From a virus: DNA of 64,000 nt. Of the stretch, positions 56,572 to 64,000 are shown piece by piece; position 1 is the first letter of the stretch; each line of letters starts with the position of its first letter. The stretch spans positions 1 to 64,000 of IMG/VR virus record IMGVR_UViG_3300048033_001096; one strand, given 5' to 3'. Under the pieces are notes generated by a model that had not been told where the DNA came from, made no database searches, and worked only from the letters and a program-made list of their open reading frames with translations. The position numbers and the translations under genes are program-made.

Positions 56572-57415
56572 TAAGTGCCTCGCTTATTGCCCTATCTAAA
56601 CTAAACTTATTCATAATATGTATATTAGCTTTATTAATTGTAGACAATACATAATGTCCTTTCCAATCTTTTTTATCTAACATAAAAACATATTTTTCAT
56701 CATTCATTTTAACTAATACATCATTATCGGTAGTAAACCACAATTTGCCTGGCATTGCTTTTGGCCAATTTGTTTTTTGATTACCGTTCATTAAATGAAT
56801 TGCAATACTAAAACTAAAATCGTTACGATATGTTTTACTTGGTATTTGATATACAAGACGATAATAAAGCCAATTTTCTTTAATATGTTCGATTAAATTA
56901 AAAAATAGTTCTGTACGTTTTGACTTTTTAAAATAAAATACAGTTGCCCAGTAAAAATCAACACTTCGGTCACTAATTTTATCAAATGTATCAGTTCGTT
57001 CTGGATTTAAATCTTGGATATCTCTAAAGATTAAAAAATCATCTTCAGTATCAAATGCATTATTTAATAAATTATTTCCTACAATAAAATCAGTGTCCAT
57101 TACAATAGTTTCATCATACGGAGTAATATTATAAACTGTACTCCTATCATGATTACGCCATTCTAATATTCTATCACTCATTGTACCGTCTCTATAAATT
57201 CGTTTTTGATTACATTCTTTCCACTCTAAAGAAACAATAGTATCAATATATTTTTTGTAATAAGGATAATTTTCTTTAAGGTATGCAGGATTATCTGTTG
57301 CTATTGTAACAGACAGTCCTAAATGTTTTTTGATTTTTTTTGCACAAAAAATAGCTTGTTTGACATAGTCCATTGTGTGATTATTTTGCGCAAATAAAAC
57401 TACACCCTTTGTCAT
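56561..57415 (-). CDS. Glycosyltransferase-like protein (GT-A), paralog of 55735..56571
   Basis: GVVLFAQNN..DY.KQA, TPYDETIVMDTD (DxD), WATVFYFKK. Confidence 0.7.
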   Translation of the reverse strand: MTKGVVLFAQNNHTMDYVKQAIFCAKKIKKHLGLSVTIATDNPAYLKENYPYYKKYIDTIVSLEWKECNQKRIYRDGTMSDRILEWRNHDRSTVYNITPYDETIVMDTDFIVGNNLLNNAFDTEDDFLIFRDIQDLNPERTDTFDKISDRSVDFYWATVFYFKKSKRTELFFNLIEHIKENWLYYRLVYQIPSKTYRNDFSFSIAIHLMNGNQKTNWPKAMPGKLWFTTDNDVLVKMNDEKYVFMLDKKDWKGHYVLSTINKANIHIMNKFSLDRAISEALNDE

Positions 57416-57759
57416 AAATTAATTAATCCTTCAACAGATCGATTACTTTTAATTTCGTTATAGCTATCTAAGTATTCATATGTTGTAGTAAAATAGATAT
57501 CAAGTATATCGTCTGTAAACTTTTGTAAATCTTCTACTTTAATCGGAGTTTCGTTGTCGTCTATTATAATTGCTTCAGTTTGTTTATTTTGTATTAAAGT
57601 GTGACAGAATGTAATAAGGTCTCTGTTAACTGTAAATTTTCCACCATTTAAATAATGTACACAATTTTCTAAAAATTGTTCGTGTATAATACGCTTTTGA
57701 TTATTCAACGTTGTCATGTAATTTGAAAAATCTAATGCATTTTGTAGCCGTTCGTCCAT
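57412..57759 (-). CDS. Hypothetical phage protein
   Basis: 115-aa ORF with GGAGG RBS. Confidence 0.85.
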   Translation of the reverse strand: MDERLQNALDFSNYMTTLNNQKRIIHEQFLENCVHYLNGGKFTVNRDLITFCHTLIQNKQTEAIIIDDNETPIKVEDLQKFTDDILDIYFTTTYEYLDSYNEIKSNRSVEGLINL

Positions 57760-57783
57760 AAGAAACCTCCAAGTATATGTATA

Positions 57784-57812
57784 ATTATATACTCAGTTTA
57801 TAATCTTGTCAA
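57784..57812 (-). promoter_or_regulatory. Perfect sigma70 promoter heading the glycosyltransferase/radical SAM operon
   Basis: TTGACA (57812-57807), 17 bp spacer, TATAAT (57789-57784). Confidence 0.85.
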
Positions 57813-57819
57813 GAGCTGA

Positions 57820-58887
57820 TTAGTTTTCTTCGAAACCTGAGTTTTCACCGCCGTCTGGTAATGGAACTTCAACGAAGTCACCTGTAGGCTGTTTGGCATG
57901 GATTCCTGCAGATTGTGTTCCTCCAGAGACAAGAACACGTTCGTCAAAATTTGGTTGGCCTTCATTTACATCATTAAAGTCTATTCTAAACCGAACAACA
58001 TTATTGTTTACACGTTTAGCACGTACTCGATAATAGTTTTCAGAATAAACATCGGAACCATATTTTCTAAATATTTCTTTATAGCCAGTAGTTAACTGAA
58101 AATTACCAGTAGCCGGTTCTGTTGTACCGTCACCGTTAACATCAGTACTACCATCAGCGGCTGCGCCGCTTGTTGCTGTAGTAGAATTTTTACTAAAAAC
58201 AACAGTAACTTGGTTAAACATTGATTCCCAGTTTTGATCTTTAGAAGTATTAGACCCGCTTGTAAACGTGAGTCTTAAATCTCCTCCAGCATTAAAAAAG
58301 TGTCTTCTATGATCTGCACCTGTAGCAACTGTTCTACCTGCTGAATTAGTAGTAGCATAACCGCCTTCAAATGTACAGTCAAGCTCACACCAAATATTAT
58401 CATCTGGGTCGCCGTCGCCGCCCCAAGGAGTAGTTCGTGTACTAGATGTTAGTGTTCTCGGATCACTTATTGTAAATTCGTCAACTAGTCCTGCGTTAGT
58501 TTCTACAGTACTAATAGCAGCAAGCAAATCATTAAATCCTTTATTATTATTAGGATTATCAATAGTAAATGAGTCGCTTGGTTCGTCATATGTAACACTA
58601 GTTCCAGATGCATCGGCACCTATAATGTCACCAGTACTAAATGTCTGTCCGTATGCATTATTACCTGATTGGTGTTGACTACAAGTATTAATATCTGTTT
58701 TTAATGTTTGTAAATGATCGTGATTAATTTCTTCATCGTTTGCACTTACATCTTTATATGCTTCGTAACTTGGTACAATTTGTCCGTAACCGTTTTGTCC
58801 TGATCCGTCACCTAATAAAACTAATATTCTACCAAGTGCATCAGTATAATCAGTAGCTTGGACATTATTGCCTTTTGATACTGCCAT
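57820..58887 (-). CDS. Virion structural protein (tail/baseplate associated)
   Basis: Gly/Thr/Asp-rich; shares LG.G.GQ.GYGQ and ADHRR.FFNAGG with 58891..59811; follows tail genes. Confidence 0.6.
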   Translation of the reverse strand: MAVSKGNNVQATDYTDALGRILVLLGDGSGQNGYGQIVPSYEAYKDVSANDEEINHDHLQTLKTDINTCSQHQSGNNAYGQTFSTGDIIGADASGTSVTYDEPSDSFTIDNPNNNKGFNDLLAAISTVETNAGLVDEFTISDPRTLTSSTRTTPWGGDGDPDDNIWCELDCTFEGGYATTNSAGRTVATGADHRRHFFNAGGDLRLTFTSGSNTSKDQNWESMFNQVTVVFSKNSTTATSGAAADGSTDVNGDGTTEPATGNFQLTTGYKEIFRKYGSDVYSENYYRVRAKRVNNNVVRFRIDFNDVNEGQPNFDERVLVSGGTQSAGIHAKQPTGDFVEVPLPDGGENSGFEEN

Positions 58888-58890
58888 TAA

Positions 58891-59811
58891 TTAGTCTCCT
58901 AATTCTAAACTAGATTGTGCAGAATAACTCGGGGCTGTAACGTCAACAAACGATCCCGAAGGACGTAAAACTGCAACATTACTTACCACCGTGCCTTGCA
59001 CTTCTTCATCTATATTAGGATCTCCTAAATCTTGATCTTGGAATTGTATTGTGAATTGAATTGCTTTAGTGCTTACTTCTTTTACAAATATAATATATCT
59101 ATTTTCTGAATACGACTCTTGCTGACCAGTTCTTTCAAATAGTCTAATTAATTGACCCGGTAAATTAAAATTACCAATTGGTCCATTACCGTCAGGAAAC
59201 AGTGTTCCTCCGATACCTGTTTTTGAAGTAGTATTAGATTTAAATTGAATTACGCCCATATTAGTAAGCATTTGTTTCCAATCATCGCCTTTAGCATTAG
59301 AATTAGTCTCAATTTGAGCACTTATAAAAATTTGTCCACCGGCATTAAAAAATGCACGTCTGTGATCAGCATTGTCGTATGTTAAAGTAAAACTATGCGT
59401 TAATTGACCATTCCACGGTGAAAACCTAGAATCAGCAGCAATTTGTTCAATTGTCGTCTGTGTTCCGTCAACTCCGCCTGGATTTTCTTCTAATCTTGTA
59501 ACTTCGGCAATATACTGATTAAATCCGTCATTGTCTCCAAGTTCTTCTTCGTTTGCTAAAATTTTACTACTAGCAGTAACAGGCGAAAGTACACTTGGAC
59601 TGCCCGACTGATGAATAGAAATTCTATTAATGTCATCAAGCAAATCATTCATATTACTAGCGTATACAATACTTTGAGGTGCTACAGGAGCACTTGTTAA
59701 TACTTGTCCATAACCCGATTGGCCATTACCGCCGCCAAGTATTCTTTCTACTCTATTTTGTAGAGTGTTATAGTTTGCCGCGGTAATTGATGTTTGTCTG
59801 TTAACTGCCAT
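58891..59811 (-). CDS. Virion structural protein (paralog of 57820..58887)
   Basis: Shared motifs as above; late promoter upstream. Confidence 0.6.
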   Translation of the reverse strand: MAVNRQTSITAANYNTLQNRVERILGGGNGQSGYGQVLTSAPVAPQSIVYASNMNDLLDDINRISIHQSGSPSVLSPVTASSKILANEEELGDNDGFNQYIAEVTRLEENPGGVDGTQTTIEQIAADSRFSPWNGQLTHSFTLTYDNADHRRAFFNAGGQIFISAQIETNSNAKGDDWKQMLTNMGVIQFKSNTTSKTGIGGTLFPDGNGPIGNFNLPGQLIRLFERTGQQESYSENRYIIFVKEVSTKAIQFTIQFQDQDLGDPNIDEEVQGTVVSNVAVLRPSGSFVDVTAPSYSAQSSLELGD

Positions 59812-59837
59812 TTAAGTTATCCTATTATATGCTAGTA

Positions 59838-59845
59838 TATTTATA
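59838..59845 (-). promoter_or_regulatory. T4-type late promoter TATAAATA
   Basis: Exact motif 27 nt upstream of ATG 59811. Confidence 0.65.
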
Positions 59846-61382
59846 CCTTGAGTACACACTCAACTAATTTTTCACTTTCGTCGTTATTAGTTTCTAATGC
59901 TATACCAACTAATCCTGTAGTTGATATTGTTGAGCATACTCCGTTTTCCCAAGCATAAACAGCTTCACCTTTTTTAACAGCGCCTTTTACCCTTACTGGC
60001 ACACGGCCTTTAAGACCAATTGCTTGTCCGTCACATCCTTTATTCATCAAATATGCAGGTGCTTCTGAAATTACACCTATACACATATGACTTGATTTTG
60101 CGGCTGTAGCTTCGGCTTCGCCGCCTACGCACATTGCAGTACCTACTGGATATTCTTGATCTGTAAGATAATTTTCTGCTAGGTCAGCATACCAGGCTTC
60201 TGTTGCAATACCTTGGAAACGTCTTGCATAAATGTCACCTAGTGAATCTCTAGTTGGTATAGTGTTTGCAGCAGTAGCTTCTGAAGGATATAACGCATCT
60301 CCGTTGACCATAGTGCCGTCAATTGGGCTTGGATCATATACAGCATTTGGTTTCATTATTGCTGTTGTTATTTGCCCTAGACCTTCGTAACTTAATGCAT
60401 ATATTGCAGGCCATCTATAATCTGTTGTACCTAATGATGTTGCAGCTATAGTCGGTTGTACATTACTTTCCGTTCCTGGAACAAATCCAGGAATAACAGC
60501 ATTAAACTGCATTCTAACTGGATTTAAGATATTGCCAAGATTATCTTTTGCACGGAAAATAATTTGGTTTCCGTTACCGTTTTCAATAACACTTTGATTG
60601 TCATTTTCAACTTTTAAAGTAAAGTCACCACTATCTCCAATTTGCAGTCCGCTTTCAGAAAACTGAGCAAGTCCAGTAAATACTGGGCTATTTGCTTGTA
60701 CATAATCATTTGCACTAATGCCGCCTAATTTTTCTGCATTAGTAGCAGTACCGACTAGTCTAAACGATCCAGTAGTTACACCACCCGAGCTGTTAACTGT
60801 ATTCTTAAGGGTTAACCCAGGACGTATTCTATCAAAACCACTAATATTACTATCTACGTCACTTGTGTCAATTGTAAAATCACTATTACTAAATGTCATT
60901 ACCGTTTCGTCATTAACAACCGCAGTAATAATATTTCTACTCTCGCCTATTGTGTCTCTAACCGAACGACTTACAATTTGTGTCTGACCCGACCCTGCAC
61001 TTTGGGGTCCAATAAGTACAAAATCGCCGCCATTGTATGTGTAAAGTTGTTCGTTAGCAGTGTCCCACCAAAAATCACCTTGCTTTAATCCTGTTGGAAC
61101 AAGATCGCTTACTTCTGCGCCACCTGTTGTGCGCCATTTTAAACCGTCGTAAAATTTAAGTTTACTATTACCACTATCAAACCAAATTTGCCCAGCTATT
61201 TTGCGTGGCGGTTCTACTTGCCCTGCAAAATTTTCTAGCAAAAATACAAAATTTTCGTTTTGTATTTCACCGTAACCAGCATAGTTTTTACCAACTAGTT
61301 TTAAATCGGTTGTTTGGTCAATAGTACCGTCTTCAATCTTCCAGCTTTTACTATTGCTGTATGTGTCTATTGTATATGCCAT
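59841..61382 (-). CDS. Tail fibre/baseplate protein with C-terminal intramolecular chaperone (peptidase G2-like) domain
   Basis: N-terminal L.GKNY.GYGE..NENF..LLENFA...GQIWFD; C-terminal ADLAENY...GVIS..PAYLMN...GRVPV. Confidence 0.7.
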   Translation of the reverse strand: MAYTIDTYSNSKSWKIEDGTIDQTTDLKLVGKNYAGYGEIQNENFVFLLENFAGQVEPPRKIAGQIWFDSGNSKLKFYDGLKWRTTGGAEVSDLVPTGLKQGDFWWDTANEQLYTYNGGDFVLIGPQSAGSGQTQIVSRSVRDTIGESRNIITAVVNDETVMTFSNSDFTIDTSDVDSNISGFDRIRPGLTLKNTVNSSGGVTTGSFRLVGTATNAEKLGGISANDYVQANSPVFTGLAQFSESGLQIGDSGDFTLKVENDNQSVIENGNGNQIIFRAKDNLGNILNPVRMQFNAVIPGFVPGTESNVQPTIAATSLGTTDYRWPAIYALSYEGLGQITTAIMKPNAVYDPSPIDGTMVNGDALYPSEATAANTIPTRDSLGDIYARRFQGIATEAWYADLAENYLTDQEYPVGTAMCVGGEAEATAAKSSHMCIGVISEAPAYLMNKGCDGQAIGLKGRVPVRVKGAVKKGEAVYAWENGVCSTISTTGLVGIALETNNDESEKLVECVLKV

Positions 61383-61407
61383 TCGTTAAACCCCTAATGC
61401 GATATTG

Positions 61408-61415
61408 TATTTATC
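61408..61415 (-). promoter_or_regulatory. Putative late promoter (GATAAATA)
   Basis: Intergenic motif about 26 nt upstream of ATG 61382. Confidence 0.5.
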
Positions 61416-61422
61416 TGTCTTG

Positions 61423-63390
61423 CTAAAGTACTGTGGTTCGCTGCCACGTCCATACTCCGCTATTTGCTTCAAATTCCATGATTGCTCTATCAGGAACAAA
61501 TCCTGCACTTGCCGATACTGGTAAAAAGTCAATATCTTGAAGTACTGATTCGTCGCTATTATTGTTATCTTTATCAACAGCAATATACGACTTTCTTACA
61601 GCACTAATCTGTGGACCGCTAGGATTATCTGGATCATCAACTAATTGGTCTACGTCAATTCCTGTAACTGTTGTTTGTGAATAACTTGTACAATATACTT
61701 TAGCAAGTGTACCGTTTTCTTTTTGGTTAGCAGGATAAAGCTGTTGTATTACATCTTTAACATTATTGTACGGACCGCCTGATCCAAAACTTATTTCTGG
61801 ATTTGCATAACCAGTAACATCTAATGATACTACTAATGGTTCTGCTTTAATTTCAGCATCAACATATTCTTTTGTAGTTACTGAGCTATCTGACGATTCT
61901 GGAGTACCGTCCCTTAAGAATATTCTGTTACTAATTGGTGTTAAAACACCTTCAATTCTATTATTATTAACTGTTATAACACCATTAGAATTAATATTTA
62001 ACGGGTTAGTTGTTGTTAATGTTGCACCATTTAAATTAAAATTATCAACATTTATATATTGTAATGTACCAACTCTTACCAAGCCTTCAGCATACAACAC
62101 ACTTTGGTCTATTGTATCTTCGGATATTTTATTAATCCCATTAATTTTATAAGATGGTGATAGTCCGTCTAAATCAAATGACTGATTAGATGTCCAACTG
62201 TTAGTATCATTAATCCACGAAATAGTTTTATTGCCGCCTGTAGACTTTAGTGTAATGCCGCCGCCATCTGTTAATATATTGTCGCCTGCTGCATCACCGT
62301 TTTCGTCGGTAGATAATTCAATATTTTTATCTCTTACTTGTAACGTTTGCGAATTTAAAAATGTACTAGTACCTTGTACTGTCATATCGCCTACAACTTC
62401 GAGATCACCGTTGATTCTAGAATCAATATTTACATCAAACCCAACTTGTGGATTATTAGTATAAATGCCAACACGTTTTACCGGAGTATTAACGTAAAAT
62501 ACATCATCAAATGTATTTGATCTTTTAGTTCGTATAACAAAATTCTTGTTTGTTTGTTGCGTTTCAAGTGTAGTAATATCTGATCGATTTCTATCAACTC
62601 TTAATGCTGAATAAACCGTATCACTAACTCCTACTGTTAGTCCTCTTTCGTCCTTAATTGCAAGAGATCCCAATGTACTGGTATCTCTGTCAGTTTTCAT
62701 AAAGTTTGCTTCTGTAAATTGCTCGTTTGCATCGTTAATTAACGATTGAGTACTTTGTGCAGTACCGTGCCAAGTAAATCCTGTATCAACTGGATTAAAT
62801 CCTCGTTTAATAAGTTGTCTTTTAGGAATGTTTGTGTCATCAGGATCGTCAGGATATCCAGTAATTTTTTCTAACGGTCTAAATTGGAATCTAGAATATA
62901 TACCAGTTAGTAGTCCCGAAATATACATAAACAATACAGTTTGGTCTTTTCCTGTGCTATCAATAACTGTCGAAGCTTCAATAGTAGTTTTACCTTGTTC
63001 GGCATTATATTGCGGACCAACTAGTACAACATCGGCGCCATCGTAAAAATACATTTTATTATTAAAACTATCAATCCAAATATCACCAGTTACTAAATTT
63101 GGTCGTGTTTGACTTACTATTGCTCCAGAAGCTGTTTTAAATGTTTCGCCTGTATATACTTTTAAACGCTCTTCAGCAGTATCATACCACAATTGTCCAA
63201 TTAATGGCGCACCTGGGGCACTTGTTTTAGCAAAGTTTTCAATTAGTTTAACAAAATTTTCGTTAACTGCTTCACCAAATCCTTTATAGTTTCGTCCAAT
63301 AAGTGTAAGGTCTGTAGAATTAGTATCTATCTGCCCATCTACTAAATCTACTAGTAACTCGCCGTTTGTTTTGTTAATTTTATAGCTCAT
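61423..63390 (-). CDS. Tail fibre/baseplate structural protein
   Basis: Same N-terminal module as 59841..61382; beta-rich fibre-type segments; TKEYVD motif. Confidence 0.7.
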   Translation of the reverse strand: MSYKINKTNGELLVDLVDGQIDTNSTDLTLIGRNYKGFGEAVNENFVKLIENFAKTSAPGAPLIGQLWYDTAEERLKVYTGETFKTASGAIVSQTRPNLVTGDIWIDSFNNKMYFYDGADVVLVGPQYNAEQGKTTIEASTVIDSTGKDQTVLFMYISGLLTGIYSRFQFRPLEKITGYPDDPDDTNIPKRQLIKRGFNPVDTGFTWHGTAQSTQSLINDANEQFTEANFMKTDRDTSTLGSLAIKDERGLTVGVSDTVYSALRVDRNRSDITTLETQQTNKNFVIRTKRSNTFDDVFYVNTPVKRVGIYTNNPQVGFDVNIDSRINGDLEVVGDMTVQGTSTFLNSQTLQVRDKNIELSTDENGDAAGDNILTDGGGITLKSTGGNKTISWINDTNSWTSNQSFDLDGLSPSYKINGINKISEDTIDQSVLYAEGLVRVGTLQYINVDNFNLNGATLTTTNPLNINSNGVITVNNNRIEGVLTPISNRIFLRDGTPESSDSSVTTKEYVDAEIKAEPLVVSLDVTGYANPEISFGSGGPYNNVKDVIQQLYPANQKENGTLAKVYCTSYSQTTVTGIDVDQLVDDPDNPSGPQISAVRKSYIAVDKDNNNSDESVLQDIDFLPVSASAGFVPDRAIMEFEANSGVWTWQRTTVL

Positions 63391-63998
63391 TATTCTCTTC
63401 CACCATATATAATATAATTCAATGTTAGAGTTGGCGGCATTACATTGAATCCGTCTTGATTAAAGTTCTCATTTCTGTCTTCAATATTACCACTATTTCT
63501 AAGTCTTTGTGCTGTATTAGCTGCAGAAGGTCCTTGGACTTGTTCAACATCTGTATCTGTTGTAGGATCTTGTCTATCTTGATAAACATAATATTGGTTA
63601 TTATCACTATCTTGCAAATCGTGTTTGTGACTTGGTATTTGATTAATGTTAATATTTTTTTCTTCAGCACCGTCAATTGCACCAATAACATCTGCTGACT
63701 GTGATTGCACAGTATTTGCTGAAGTTCCGCCCATGTTATCAGCACCTAGAGGCATTCTACCTCTTAAATCAGGTAATGCAAAATAACCTGGAGTTACTTG
63801 TGATGCTGGTTTAAAATTAAATCCAACTGCTGTAAATAATTCTTCCCATATGTTTTGATCTACTTCTCTACCGTCACAAATTAGCCAACCTGCCGGAGCT
63901 GAGTCGCCGCCATATGGTAAAATAACTCCTGCAGGAGTTCTTGGTATTGATTTTAAAAAATTATCTTTAGTAGTATGTTTTAGACCAGGTGTTGCTCC
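63390..63998 (-). CDS. Tail collar domain protein (short tail fibre-like), 5'-partial
   Basis: Frame open to the window end: PAGVILPYGG.SAPAGWLICDG...FALPDLRGRMPLG; IPSHKH; NVMPP..LNYII. Confidence 0.85.
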   Translation of the reverse strand, partial: GATPGLKHTTKDNFLKSIPRTPAGVILPYGGDSAPAGWLICDGREVDQNIWEELFTAVGFNFKPASQVTPGYFALPDLRGRMPLGADNMGGTSANTVQSQSADVIGAIDGAEEKNININQIPSHKHDLQDSDNNQYYVYQDRQDPTTDTDVEQVQGPSAANTAQRLRNSGNIEDRNENFNQDGFNVMPPTLTLNYIIYGGRE

Positions 63999-64000
63999 CT

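Noticed and set aside
14298-57759. RiPP cluster interpretation (radical SAM/SPASM plus precursor peptide)
   Set aside because: Genes are tightly tiled with no short precursor ORF, PqqD/RRE domain, peptidase or ABC exporter visible; a precursor outside the window cannot be excluded
61386-61583. 65-aa - strand ORF overlapping the end of the fibre gene
   Set aside because: Out-of-frame overlap with a strong gene; the remainder covers a promoter/RBS gap
1-64000. Alternative genetic code or stop-codon reassignment
   Set aside because: Standard-code ORFs tile the window almost completely, and TAA, TAG and TGA all end genes at coupled junctions
1-64000. tRNA, rRNA, CRISPR array, integrase/transposase, intron or intein
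   Set aside because: Intergenic gaps are under about 100 bp with no cloverleaf or spaced direct repeats; no recombinase, homing endonuclease or splicing motifs recognised
1-64000. Bacterial chromosome (LPS/capsule locus) origin
   Set aside because: Tail-collar and fibre genes, T4-like RNase H, late promoter motifs and the absence of housekeeping or wzx/wzy/ABC export genes point to a phage

Overview
This AT-rich, densely tiled window (standard genetic code) most likely comes from a large tailed dsDNA phage (T4-like or jumbo myovirus type) with a Gram-negative host. It has four parts. (1) 1-12.8 kb is a + strand early/replication block: phosphoribosyltransferase, HIT hydrolase, FolE, QueE, T4 RNase H-like 5'-3' exonuclease, a MoxR AAA + HExxH/VWA pair, two SGNH-like paralogs and two 2OG-Fe(II) oxygenases, with near-consensus sigma70 promoters. 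(2) 12.9-14.3 kb is a tail-fibre-like gene. (3) 14.3-57.8 kb is an unusual ~43 kb tailoring-enzyme island with 15 radical SAM enzymes (9 with an N-terminal Cys module, 5 with a C-terminal SPASM-like module, 1 cobalamin-dependent). It also holds about 10 HxD...H non-heme iron hydroxylases (one fused to a cold-shock domain), UDP-sugar dehydrogenase and epimerase genes, about 6 glycosyltransferase-like proteins, methyltransferases (one PRMT-like), an adenylate-forming enzyme, a PP-loop QueC-like ATPase, SDRs, GNAT-like proteins, two degenerate kinase-fold proteins and an outer-membrane beta-barrel. (4) 57.8-64 kb holds - strand virion/tail genes with T4-like late promoter motifs. I found no rRNA, tRNA, CRISPR or mobile elements. 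All protein calls come from motifs read by eye; no database searches were run.
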